From a virus (lineage: Duplodnaviria > Caudoviricetes): a stretch of DNA of 33,109 bases. The notes beneath the pieces were generated by a model that was not told the origin of the DNA, ran no database searches, and worked only from the letters and a program-made list of their open reading frames with translations. The stretch's first letter is position 1. Every line of letters starts with the position of its first letter. Location of the stretch: positions 1 through 33,109 of IMG/VR virus record IMGVR_UViG_3300020045_001853; one strand, given 5' to 3'. The position numbers and the translations under genes are program-made. Below are positions 1 to 10,000 of the stretch, piece by piece.

Positions 1-2
1 TC

Positions 3-1070
3 AAGTACGTATCTGCAGCAACCAAAGAGATTACTGAACGTGAAGCACTGATTGGAGTGAGTATCACTGGTTGGATGAATAACCCAGATATTCTATTTGA
101 TGAGACAAATATGATTAATGGTGCTGCGTTGGTGAAAGCACAGAATAAAGAGACTGCTGTACTTATTGGTATTAACCAAGCATCGCGCACAACGTGTGTT
201 AAACCATCAGGTAACGCGTCTGTGCTTCTAGGAACTGCTTCAGGTATTCACGGGGAACACTCACCTATGTACTTCAGGAATGTTCAAATGAATGCTGAAG
301 ATGAAGTTACAAGTTTACTATTAGAAGTGAATCCAAAGATGCTTGAGAAGTCCGTCTGGAGTTCAACTGGTACAGATTATGTAGTTAGTTTCCCTGTTAC
401 AAGTAAAGAAGGTAGTCGCTACAAGGAGTCTTTGCTGGGTGTTAAGCAACTAGAGTACGTTAAGATTGCACAGCAGAATTGGATCGAGGCAGGAACTAAC
501 CTAGACCTCTGCACTGATATTCGATTACGTCACAACGTGAGTAACACAATCACTGTAGACAACTGGGAAGAAGTTGAGCAGTACTTGTTTGATAATCGTA
601 AATGGTTTGCTGGGGTTTCTTTATTGAGTTCAATGGGCGATAAAGCCTACGCTCAGGCACCATTCACTGAAGTGTTCACTGCACAGCAGATTATGGAACA
701 GTACGGAGATGGCAGCTTATTTGCAAGCGGTTTAATTGTAGAGGCTCTTCATGCGTTCAACAATAACCTATGGTTAGCTTGCGATACAGCGCTAGGTTAC
801 GGATTGAAGCTCACAGACGATAGCTCTGATTTACTTAAGCGTGATTGGATTCGACGGGCTAATAAGTTCGCTTTGAATTACTTCAGTGGTGATTTGACTA
901 AGTTAACTTTTTGTCTAAAGGATTGCTACAATCTGCATAAATGGAAAGGTATTGAGAGTAGCATTAAATTCATTGATTTTAGTACTGAATTATCTAAGCA
1001 GAAGTACACAGAGGTGGATACAATTGGTTCTGCTGGGTGTTCAGGTGGTCAGTGTGAATTGACCTTTTAA
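3..1070 (+). CDS. Ribonucleotide reductase catalytic subunit, C-terminal part (5' truncated by window edge; monomeric NrdJ/RTPR-like sequence type, class not settled)
   Basis: Frame is open from position 3 (KYVSAATKEITEREALIGVSITG...). RNR motifs TTCVKPSGNAS, SGIH and HNVSNT are present, with a C-terminal redox CSGGQC tail. Thioredoxin follows directly. Confidence 0.88.
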   Translation, partial: KYVSAATKEITEREALIGVSITGWMNNPDILFDETNMINGAALVKAQNKETAVLIGINQASRTTCVKPSGNASVLLGTASGIHGEHSPMYFRNVQMNAEDEVTSLLLEVNPKMLEKSVWSSTGTDYVVSFPVTSKEGSRYKESLLGVKQLEYVKIAQQNWIEAGTNLDLCTDIRLRHNVSNTITVDNWEEVEQYLFDNRKWFAGVSLLSSMGDKAYAQAPFTEVFTAQQIMEQYGDGSLFASGLIVEALHAFNNNLWLACDTALGYGLKLTDDSSDLLKRDWIRRANKFALNYFSGDLTKLTFCLKDCYNLHKWKGIESSIKFIDFSTELSKQKYTEVDTIGSAGCSGGQCELTF

Positions 1071-1079
1071 GGAGATAAT

Positions 1080-1331
1080 ATGCGATTAATCAAACTACAA
1101 TCAAAGAACTGCCAACCGTGTAAACAACTCCAGAAGCTACTGGACTGTGTAAGCCCGTTAAATCGTCCAGCTACAATTAGCTATGACGTGTACGATTATC
1201 CAGAGGTAGCGAAGAAGTACAACATCCGAGCAGTGCCTGTCTTAATCCTAGAAGACAGTGAAGGTAAAGAATTAAAACGCTTATCTGGATTACCTACTGT
1301 GAAAGAACTTCAGATGTTCTTAAGCTTGTAA
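1080..1331 (+). CDS. Thioredoxin
   Basis: CQPC active site, AKKYNIRAVPVLI cis-Pro motif, SD AAGGAG, adjacent to RNR. Confidence 0.9.
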   Translation: MRLIKLQSKNCQPCKQLQKLLDCVSPLNRPATISYDVYDYPEVAKKYNIRAVPVLILEDSEGKELKRLSGLPTVKELQMFLSL

Positions 1332-1338
1332 CCAAAAC

Positions 1339-1387
1339 AAAACGCCCGTAGTACCAAGGATCATTCCAAGGCGCTACGGGCGTTTTT
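1339..1387. terminator. Bidirectional intrinsic terminator between converging units
   Basis: AAAACGCCCGTAG...CTACGGGCGTTTTT inverted repeat with A and T tracts on either side. Confidence 0.85.
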
Positions 1388-1416
1388 ACTTATGTTGTTA
1401 GCACAACCAACTCAGG

Positions 1417-2028
1417 CTATCCTTGCAGGATCACCAATGCTTTCTTAATCCTACTCAACCTATCATCCAATCCATGATACCCGCCATTAATAGCCTTCGT
1501 AAATCCCTTCCAATCCTGCACATCACAGAACCGATTCAAGGAAGTATTATCCCAGTACCAACCTGCGCTTAACACAGCATAGGGCTCTTTGGATAATAAA
1601 TCAGGATTAGCCACTAAATCAACATCCAGAGCAAAACCACACAATAGATACTGCTGTTTACCAGTGAGTTGAATCAACCCTCTACCACGGTACAGCCAAC
1701 CCTCACCGGAAGCTTCATCTGCATTACCCATACGGTCAGCGTAGACTTTACTTCCAATTAGCTTTGGATTCCTGTGGTACTTCGTGGCATTAGCTGTAGT
1801 GAATCTAGTAGGCCATGTCTTGACTAGACCTTCCTTGGAATAATTCAAGTTCTCCTCTAGGATAGTAAAGTCCAAAGACTCGTGTTGGCACTGACCGATG
1901 AACCCTGCTTGTCTTTGAGGTGTATTCAGTTTAAACCGAGAGAAGCATGAGTTCAATGCCTGTAGGTACTTCAGGTCAATCCCCAGTGCTTTCAGGTGTT
2001 TCTCTGTCAGTGTGGTACCTGCTGCCAT
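1417..2028 (-). CDS. Endolysin, glycoside hydrolase family 19
   Basis: FIGQCQHES, EENLNYS, YRGRGLIQLTG and INGGYHGLDDR are typical GH19 phage lysin motifs. Confidence 0.93.
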   Translation of the reverse strand: MAAGTTLTEKHLKALGIDLKYLQALNSCFSRFKLNTPQRQAGFIGQCQHESLDFTILEENLNYSKEGLVKTWPTRFTTANATKYHRNPKLIGSKVYADRMGNADEASGEGWLYRGRGLIQLTGKQQYLLCGFALDVDLVANPDLLSKEPYAVLSAGWYWDNTSLNRFCDVQDWKGFTKAINGGYHGLDDRLSRIKKALVILQG

Positions 2029-2525
2029 TACAACCTAGCACTGATCTTATCAATCACCGCGTCCTTGTTCTGTGAGCCTCTGCTGGAGCCTCTGTGGAAA
2101 TTAACAACAGTACCAGCCATAGTCCAGAGCGAGCCCAGGCCCATGTATACTAGCTCTTTATTCTCAGCAGGTACACCTTGGAAGAAAGCCAACCACGAGC
2201 AAATAACTGCAGCACTGACGATAACAAAATCCAAGATATACGCGGAGTTCTGAGCGAGGAATCCAGCCGTTGAACTCGTCTGAATAGCTACATTCATTGC
2301 TCGTGCATCTGCAGTATTAGCGTTGGTTTCTTTTGTCATGTACTCTTCGTGTAGCTGTGCTTTAGCTTGAACTTCAGCTAACTTCTCTTGTGACATATTA
2401 GGCTCTAGTGTAATACCGAGTTTATCCTGTACTACATCCAGCCCTTTGTCCAGAACACCCTGCGCTACTTTACCTAAGTTAGCACTGATTAGGGACGATA
2501 CGATTCCTGAAATTAACGCAAGCAT
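2028..2525 (-). CDS. Holin-like protein (resembles GTA-type 3TM holin family)
   Basis: Amphipathic N-terminus, two clear TM helices and a VVNFHRGSSRGSQNKD C-terminal motif. Stop overlaps the endolysin start. Confidence 0.7.
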   Translation of the reverse strand: MLALISGIVSSLISANLGKVAQGVLDKGLDVVQDKLGITLEPNMSQEKLAEVQAKAQLHEEYMTKETNANTADARAMNVAIQTSSTAGFLAQNSAYILDFVIVSAAVICSWLAFFQGVPAENKELVYMGLGSLWTMAGTVVNFHRGSSRGSQNKDAVIDKISARL

Positions 2526-2567
2526 ATTTGCTCCTTTGTTTATATTACTGTATTACTGTGTTTTGGA

Positions 2568-3008
2568 TTATTTAATAAGATCACCTAGACGACTACCTAT
2601 TAGACTAAGCACACCAGCACCCATCAGTACAATACCGCCCTTCATAATCCACTCCAACAGGGATTTAGTCAAGCTCGTCTTGTACTTCTCTAGGTTCTCA
2701 TTAGCTTTGTTACTTCTGGTGTGGTACGCCCTGTGCCCGTCATAATCCGGTTCACCTAGATCGTTCTTCGTGAATGCTCGGATGTGGCTAGCTTGTCTAC
2801 TCTCTATAGTGTCTAGCTGCCTCTGCATAGCCCCTAGAAGCGCGTATATATCACCAAGGCTAGGACTATGCCCATTTGGTGCTGTGGGCCCTCTACGGGG
2901 CGTTAAACGCCTTGTATTCGTGTCGTTATAGTCCGTGTAATCAGCGTAGTCATTACCCTCGGTACTGTTGGTGCTCTGGGAGTGTTCTTGTTCATCTTTG
3001 TGCTGCAT
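2568..3008 (-). CDS. Membrane-anchored protein of the lysis region (possible holin/antiholin)
   Basis: Coiled coil, DYDGHRAYH motif and one C-terminal TM helix. Coupled to the upstream gene by TAATG. Confidence 0.55.
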   Translation of the reverse strand: MQHKDEQEHSQSTNSTEGNDYADYTDYNDTNTRRLTPRRGPTAPNGHSPSLGDIYALLGAMQRQLDTIESRQASHIRAFTKNDLGEPDYDGHRAYHTRSNKANENLEKYKTSLTKSLLEWIMKGGIVLMGAGVLSLIGSRLGDLIK

Positions 3009-3622
3009 TACTTTTCTTTTTCTTGTAGAAGCTGTATATCTCTGTGGATAATATCTAGCTGTAGTTGACTCTCCTTGAAATCAGGGTAGTTAGAATCCAC
3101 GTACTCACTATTTGCTATGGGTTCGTTGTTCTCATTGTTCTGCTTACTCATACCATGCGCTAGGATATTAGGTCTAGCCCATATCCACACTGCGATTAAA
3201 GCCAGAGCAATCTCGCCACCAATAGCAGCAGGAGGTGGCTGAACAGAGATAAGCATACTCGTGACAACATACGTCCACAGTGCAGCATTCCATCCAGCGA
3301 AGTACCTAGCAAATCTACTGTGCATATCATCCATCAGTACAATGCTCATTTGAGTCACAGCAGAGAACAGAAAGAGTACACCCCATACTTCTTCATTAGC
3401 TGCTTTGTGCATCAGAGCATACGTTGGTCTAGTGAAAGTATCACCGGGCCACAGCAGCATCACTGCCCAGAAGAACTCCGATAGAGCTAATGAGATACGT
3501 GAGGCTATTAGGTCAGAGTCCCATAGTGCTTTACTTAAGTTGTTTACGAGTCTTGTACTCATGGGTGTACCTGTTTTATTCTGTGTGATTTGTGTGCTTA
3601 GTCTATTTGTGATTGTATTCAT
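3008..3622 (-). CDS. Multi-pass membrane protein (about 4 TM), unknown function
   Basis: Four hydrophobic segments and TGATG coupling with the upstream gene. A possible alternative start lies at MSTRL. Confidence 0.65.
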   Translation of the reverse strand: MNTITNRLSTQITQNKTGTPMSTRLVNNLSKALWDSDLIASRISLALSEFFWAVMLLWPGDTFTRPTYALMHKAANEEVWGVLFLFSAVTQMSIVLMDDMHSRFARYFAGWNAALWTYVVTSMLISVQPPPAAIGGEIALALIAVWIWARPNILAHGMSKQNNENNEPIANSEYVDSNYPDFKESQLQLDIIHRDIQLLQEKEK

Positions 3623-3984
3623 CAGCAGTGATCTCCACTTGGGTCAAATACATCCAATAGATTCTCACAGATAAAGCAGCTTAGGTTGTATTTATAACCA
3701 AAGGAAGTAGTCTTATACCGCTGGAGTCTATCAGTCACGAGTAGCTCCTTTGGTAACTCCACGAAGATAATACTAGCTATGAATACATTCGCTAGAACGT
3801 CCATAGTCCAACCCACGAGAACAAATGGAAAGGCTAGAACTCGAACAAAGCCCTTGAGCTTTTGCTGTAAATGCGCTCGGTACAGTCCCATTACAAGGAC
3901 ATAAAACCCCCAGAATATCCAGAGGAATCCGAGGGTGTATGCTGTGTATAACAGGAACTGACTAACTGTTAAGGTAATCAGCAT
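3622..3984 (-). CDS. Phage membrane protein with C-terminal C..LLDVFDPSGDHC motif
   Basis: Two TM segments, located in the operon between the tail fibre chaperone and the lysis genes. Confidence 0.65.
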   Translation of the reverse strand: MLITLTVSQFLLYTAYTLGFLWIFWGFYVLVMGLYRAHLQQKLKGFVRVLAFPFVLVGWTMDVLANVFIASIIFVELPKELLVTDRLQRYKTTSFGYKYNLSCFICENLLDVFDPSGDHC

Positions 3985-3990
3985 TTGGGT

Positions 3991-4365
3991 TTATTGCATC
4001 GCTGTGATAATCTGAGCTTTACGCTCAGGGGTTAATAGAGATAACGCTACGAGAACGTCCAGCCCTTGCGCTGTACGTACGTCAGCTAGTGTGATGTACT
4101 CGGCAGCTAGCATCTTGTCATACCAGAGTTTAACTTGGGCTGATTGCATAGTAGCTGTTACTACCTGCATTTGTTCTGTTTCAGTGAATAGAGAGAGGTA
4201 TGTTAGGCTGGAGAGTTGTTTGGGTACTGTGGGTTTGACTGCATACTGCAATGCCATAAGTTCATCCTTTGTGATAGGCACCATATCTTCTGTGATTAAG
4301 TAGTCTTGGGAACCGTCAAGTTCAAAGGCCCATGAAGAGTTGTCTTTTCTTTTATAATACTTCAT
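3991..4365 (-). CDS. Probable tail fibre assembly/chaperone protein
   Basis: Directly follows the tail fibre (TAATG coupling). The MKYYK..AFELDGSQDYLI N-terminus is typical of fibre-associated small proteins. Confidence 0.55.
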   Translation of the reverse strand: MKYYKRKDNSSWAFELDGSQDYLITEDMVPITKDELMALQYAVKPTVPKQLSSLTYLSLFTETEQMQVVTATMQSAQVKLWYDKMLAAEYITLADVRTAQGLDVLVALSLLTPERKAQIITAMQ

Positions 4366-5225
4366 TAACGTAACTCCATAAATATGTTTATTGTGGCATT
4401 TAACACACCTACCCTGTAAGTGCTGCCGTTTGGAATAATACTAGATAAACTACTTTGATACCCACTAGCGTTAGTATAAAAAGCTGTGCGAGAATTGAAT
4501 ACCTCGTTAATAACAAGTTCTAGGGTAGAATTACCAGAGCCACCAGCAACGACAGTTACTGCAATGAATATAGGTTTTCCTGTAGAATTTGTATAAGTTG
4601 TGCCAGCAACTCTAGAACCCATTACATTTACCCAAGACTGTCCAACACCTAAGTGCTGGTTATCCGTAGTAGCCGTGGCAGCGTTGCCTGTACAATTAGC
4701 TGCAGTAGTAGCCGTGGCAGCGTTACCTGTTGTGTTTTGATTTAGTATCGGAAAAGTACAATTAGCGAGATTACCTGAAGATGGAGTACCTAGAGTTGGG
4801 GTAGTCAATACAGGTGCTGTAAGCGTCTTATTAGTCAGCGTCTGTGCAAGGTCAGTCTGTACATTACCCGCGCCTGATACTAACGTATAATTCGCCCCAT
4901 CAGCAGAAGGATCAGTCGTACCACTACCTGCTGCAGTCTTGCGTCTGTAACTGAAGGTATTCGCTGGGCTCCATACTACAGCACCGTCTTGGTATGTAGT
5001 TCCAGATTCCCACTTGGTTACATTAGCAGAAGCGTTAGCTCCCGCGGCACTAGCAGCAGCGTCAATCTTACTCTGAAGAGCACTAGCAGCATCAGCATCA
5101 GCAGCTACAGCCGTGGCATTAGTCTCCGTTGCGAACGCAGGTAATGCTGCCATAAAGTCATCAGCTCTTTCGCTGAAGTTCGAGGGGTCTTGTCTCGTTG
5201 GCGGTGTGGGGAGTGGTGTAATCAT
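4365..5225 (-). CDS. Tail fibre / receptor-binding protein
   Basis: ITPLPTPPTRQDPSNF anchor, Ala-rich coil, CBM5/12-like WESGTTY segment, QTLTNKTL and TGNAATATT fibre repeats, and an LGVGQSW..SRVAGTTYTNSTGKPI C-terminal domain. Confidence 0.8.
   Translation of the reverse strand: MITPLPTPPTRQDPSNFSERADDFMAALPAFATETNATAVAADADAASALQSKIDAAASAAGANASANVTKWESGTTYQDGAVVWSPANTFSYRRKTAAGSGTTDPSADGANYTLVSGAGNVQTDLAQTLTNKTLTAPVLTTPTLGTPSSGNLANCTFPILNQNTTGNAATATTAANCTGNAATATTDNQHLGVGQSWVNVMGSRVAGTTYTNSTGKPIFIAVTVVAGGSGNSTLELVINEVFNSRTAFYTNASGYQSSLSSIIPNGSTYRVGVLNATINIFMELR
4666..4730. repeat. 26-bp direct repeat (1 mismatch, period 39) encoding TGNAATATT twice
   Basis: gtagtagccgtggcagcgtt(g/a)cctgt at 4666-4691 and 4705-4730. 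Confidence 0.85.
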
Positions 5226-5254
5226 TTATATTCCTTATATTTAATACGTATTTG

Positions 5255-6907
5255 TTAACTTAGACTTTCAATCTCTAAGCTGCATAAGCTATAACTCGGA
5301 TAGCTAATATTCGTAGTGAAGTCCCGGTAGAAACCATAGACTACTAGAGCTTCTTCATACGTTGGGTTATCCGATGCAATCCAAACGCAGGGCTTAGCTC
5401 TGATTGAATACAGTAACTGCTGTACTCTATTAAGGTTGAAGTTCTCTACATTAACAGAAGCTGTCAAGCGTTTACTATACGCACGCTCTACTAATGTAAT
5501 AGCACCGAACTCGTCTGTTTCTTTTCTGCTGTAGTCGATAATACCTGCAGTAGCGCCGTAGTTAGTACCTCCGAGATTAGTCACAGTACCCCACACCGAA
5601 GCACCAACGGAGATAACATCCGAGGATACGAACTCCAGAGTACAATGTGAGTTAAAGTACGGAGGTATATCTCTGAATACAACCTGTGTTCTCTTCAGTA
5701 AAGGATCGAGGAAGAACCAGTCGTACCACGATGTGATAACACTACCAGATAATCCAACAGTCTGCTGATATACAACAGCACCAGCTAGACCATCTCGTAC
5801 TGTCAGAGTAACCACGTCAGCTTCTAGGTTAATCAACGCAAAAGAATCTATTGTACCCGTGGCAAGAACTACAGTCAAGGATGTACCTGCGGTAGTAGCT
5901 GTACCTGTCTGCTGATCGAACATCGCGTGTTTATTATCAGGACCTACCCGCACCCACCACGTAGGTGATGTATCTGGCGTATGATTCAGGTTTCCTGCTT
6001 GTAGGCTTGCGTAGATACTTCCCGTGTAGACTACACGAGTACCAGCAGCGTAGGTTGTACCTGCGGAGTAATTCGCATAAGCTTCTGTTGCTGTACTGAA
6101 GAGTAAACCTGTACCTGTTGCTATGTCTGCTGCACGGGTTACTGCTGTTGTAGTCGTAGGGATATAAGAGGATGATGAGGAGGATTGCTCTAACTGAGCA
6201 CCCCACACAGAAAGACTAGACACACCATCACCTATGTACATGTGTAGTCCAAAATTGTCAGCCAAGGGTGGTTCCATTGTGTCAGAAAGGGCTAATTGGG
6301 TAACTACTTGTGTTCCATCTACTACTGTAAATGTAATAGACACCCTATAAAAATTGTTAATACACTGTACTACTGATGCACTTGCGTTCGAGATACACCC
6401 ATTTCCAATGTAAATACTAGAGAGTAGATTAAGTACAGGGTTAAAACGCACAGAGAATGCCGAGGATGAGCTACCGAATGATGCAGATAGATTAAGATAA
6501 CGTGCATAGCCCTGATGTTTTACATACACAGAGAGTGTGTAACTCTCCCCAATGGTGACAGGTACTGGAGAGGGGTCATATATCTCATGGTAGTGATTCG
6601 CGGCGTTTTCAGTTAAAGTATCTGTAGTTGTATTGCCATCCGGGGAAACTGTTGTATTTGGTGTCACCACGGTATTGAACTTAATCCAATCATCAGAATC
6701 AAACTGCTCAGAACGAGTAATCAGATTAGTTCCCGCTGGTTCTAAAAGAATACCCTCTGATACTAACGTAGCTGGATTGTAATTAAACCTAACCTCATCA
6801 ATAGCTGCAGTCTGCATTACACCAGAGGAATTAAAGTACGTAGCTGTACTAGCACGAGTTATTGATCCGTCTGTACTTGGGAATACCGTGGGTTTAAGCA
6901 CTAACAT
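5255..6907 (-). CDS. Tail tip (distal-tail-like) protein with an inserted lectin-like/spike module
   Basis: First gene after the tape measure. A TRASTATY...GILLE..TNL...WGAQLE..SSYIPTT..AVTRAAD module precedes a CBM-like YSAGTTY..SPTWW segment and an IIDYSRKETDEFG tail-tip domain. Confidence 0.7.
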   Translation of the reverse strand: MLVLKPTVFPSTDGSITRASTATYFNSSGVMQTAAIDEVRFNYNPATLVSEGILLEPAGTNLITRSEQFDSDDWIKFNTVVTPNTTVSPDGNTTTDTLTENAANHYHEIYDPSPVPVTIGESYTLSVYVKHQGYARYLNLSASFGSSSSAFSVRFNPVLNLLSSIYIGNGCISNASASVVQCINNFYRVSITFTVVDGTQVVTQLALSDTMEPPLADNFGLHMYIGDGVSSLSVWGAQLEQSSSSSSYIPTTTTAVTRAADIATGTGLLFSTATEAYANYSAGTTYAAGTRVVYTGSIYASLQAGNLNHTPDTSPTWWVRVGPDNKHAMFDQQTGTATTAGTSLTVVLATGTIDSFALINLEADVVTLTVRDGLAGAVVYQQTVGLSGSVITSWYDWFFLDPLLKRTQVVFRDIPPYFNSHCTLEFVSSDVISVGASVWGTVTNLGGTNYGATAGIIDYSRKETDEFGAITLVERAYSKRLTASVNVENFNLNRVQQLLYSIRAKPCVWIASDNPTYEEALVVYGFYRDFTTNISYPSYSLCSLEIESLS

Positions 6908-6963
6908 AATTCACCTCTTGTTCTTTTGTTTATTTCTTTATTCATATAATCCTTAGAATCCTT

Positions 6964-6994
6964 AAAGAAACACTGGAGTTTTTACGTCCAGTGC
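6964..6994 (-). terminator. Intrinsic terminator after tape measure gene
   Basis: Minus strand GCACTGGA-cgtaaaaac-TCCAGTGT followed by TTCTTT. Confidence 0.6.
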
Positions 6995-7017
6995 TTGTTC
7001 TGTTTAGCACGTTAAGA

Positions 7018-10000
7018 TCAGACTGCTATTTTCACCTGAACACTCTGACCATCAGGGATTACTCTATCTAGTAACTTAGCAGTCTTGGCGTTGTGTTGAA
7101 CATCAGCTTGTACCTCAATACGCAACAAGTCAATATTAGCGTTCAGGGCTTGAACTGCTGTAACTACTGCTGAATTGTCGAATACAATAGAAGTACTACC
7201 GGGTGCTGACAACGTACTGATAGCTGGGGTTGTAGCGCCTAGAGTCCCTGTTGTAGATACCGTAGTAGCTCCTGCGCCTGTACCCATTAGATTAGCTAAG
7301 TTCTGAGCTTGTCCGAACGCTGCTGCTGTACGCGCCATCCATTCTGCAGTTGATCCTGAAGTAGCTTTGATTGCTTCTGATAGATCGGGCAGAATAGCAG
7401 CGAGTTCATCAGCGTAACCAATCCGAGTTTCACCTGTAGTAGCCAAAGCCATAGCGTAGGTTTTATCAAATTCATACTGCTGGTTCTTTACAGTCTCTGC
7501 TGGAGATACCTGTGTACCACGTACTTCATTAATAGCATCTTGGAGTTTCTTCGAGCTATCGATCATCGCTTGTACAAGGGCTTGCGCTGCAGTTGTAGTG
7601 TCCTCTATGCTTGGAGTAATACTAGCGAAAGCATCAGCTACACCCAGAAGAGTAGCGTACATTGCTCTGCCTGCTACTGTAGATACATCCTGAGCATTAA
7701 CCAGAGCTTTGAACTGTTCGCGTGTAGCATTAGCTGCATCAAACCCAGTACCTTCTAGGATTTTATTGATGTTCTTTGCAGTCTGTACTTTCTGTTCTTC
7801 TTGAGAGTAGAAATTACTGTAGTAGCTAGAGAGCTTAGTATTGAAAGCGTCCATACCACCTACAGCATCAGTCAGAGCTTTAGCAGTAGCGTAACTCATA
7901 TCCATTAGATTAACGAACGGAAGATTCAATAAAGAATCATGTAGAATCTTGAAGGATTGCGCAGTCTTTATTACAGCGTTAATCTGCTCTTCTGACATAG
8001 CACTGGCGCTCATACCATCGAACACACCAGCTAAATACCTAGGTAATGCCGACCCTTTTACGGCAGCAAAGACAGCTCGTGAAGCAGCCAGTTGGATTGC
8101 AGCATCACTTTTAGTTGTTTCACCTTGATAGAACTTATTACTGGCTGTACCACCACCCATGTAAAAATTCGGATTCTTACCATTCTTACCTGTATTTCCA
8201 GCAAAGATGAACGTTGTAGCCTCTGCAGCAATACCTAGAGCTTTAGTTGCATCCATATAACTCTGTTGTAGTCCATAGACAACTGCGTCAGTTTGTGGGT
8301 TACTTCCTTGCCGTGAGTCATAGTACGGATTGTAGGCTGTGCGTTGATTCGCTGCATTGAACGACATAGATGCACCACCTGTACTTGATGTTGGACTTTT
8401 ACTTCCCCATCCGAAAGCACTATCTAGTAGACCACCTACGCTACCACCGATAAAGCTCCCGATTGGTCCTCCGAAGAATGTACCAATAGCTTGTCCTGCA
8501 GCAGCACCGTACTTGCCTTGTGACAGGGAGTAAGCTGCTGTAGCATAGCCAAGAATATCACCACCTGTGTTAATAGCATCTTTGAACTTGAGAATACCAT
8601 TAGCTGTATCAAGTGCAGTCTGTCCAAGTGATTCAAACCCTTTATCGAATAGAAAACTAGATACTTCACCTAGACTACCAGCGGCAGTGCCAGCAATACC
8701 AAGAGAGCTACCCCCACGCATCATGGAGTAGATATTTGACATACTGCCCATAATACCGCCTGAGCTTCCGCCAGCTACACTCATAGCTGTTTGAGCGACA
8801 GAACCCATAGAACCCATTACAGTATTAACAACAGCATCAATTACAACTGTTATTTTATTCCTGAATGCAGCCTTGATAGAATCTCTGAGCTTTTGGCTAC
8901 CAGCTTTACCACCGTCGAACAAAGCAGTAACAACAGCATCTGTAATTGTGGCTTTGATACTGTCGAATTCCTTCTGCATATCCTGAGCATACTGTAAAGC
9001 TACCCCTGCATTAGTCGCTTTGATTCTCTCAGCAGAACGCATGTACGCTTCTTCTTCAAACATCTTAATCGTTAAGGCGTCACCCTTGTACTTCTCACGA
9101 ATATCCAAGAGGTCTTTCTCTAGTTGGAACTGATCTTGCTTGAGCTTAGTCTGTGTCTGGAACTCCTGTGTTAGATGCTTCTGTTGCTCTTCTGTTTTAC
9201 CCACTAGAGTACGTTGGAACTCAATCTCTGCAGTCTGACCTTGTAGCTCTTTTCGTACTTGAACAGCAGCATCAAAATCCTTGAAGAAATCCTCATCTTT
9301 TTTAGCCTGTGCTTTGACAGTATCTTCCCATGCTTTAGCCAATTCTCGGACAGCAGTAGCTAACTTGATTGCTCTGGGTTGTTGATCGTTCAGTTCAGTC
9401 AAGGCTACACGGTATTCGTCAACGCTGATTTTATCTTGTTCACGCAGACGTGTGAGTGTTCTCTCTGAGTCGTTATAGTCCCTGTTTAGCCCAAGAGCTT
9501 TATTCTTAATATCAGCTAGGACTTCAAGGTCTTTTGCTAGTAACTTAGCGGGTCTATCAACTGCAGCTTTCTTCTGTGATGTCAACCACTCCTGAGTCGC
9601 TACCTGTTCAACCTTAGCTAGAACACCAGCATCAACTGCAGCACCTTTGAGCTCTTTTCTGTAGTTCTGTACTGCCTTTGCAACGTACTCTGTTTGTGTA
9701 ACTCGTGTTTTACTACCGGACAGTAACTTAGCATTCAAACCCTCTTCGATACCTGCATTGATCTGCAGTGCCCTAGCGGCTTCTGAGTTACGCTGTTGAT
9801 TCTGAGTAGTGAGTTCATTTTTAACAGTCAACCCACTGATTTGTGAGCTAATCATACGTGCTTCATATTCAAGAGCTTTTAGTGTTCTATCATCGCCACC
9901 AATACCAAGTGATCCCAAGGTTGAAAGGTTAGCACGAGTAGACAATATCTTTTCTTGAACGCTTGCTAGTTGTCCTTCAAGAGCCTGAACAGGACTAGCC

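Noticed and set aside
4365-6907. Diversity-generating retroelement or invertible tail-fibre cassette
   Set aside because: I saw no reverse transcriptase, invertase, adenine-specific template/variable repeat pair or inverted fibre copy in the window.
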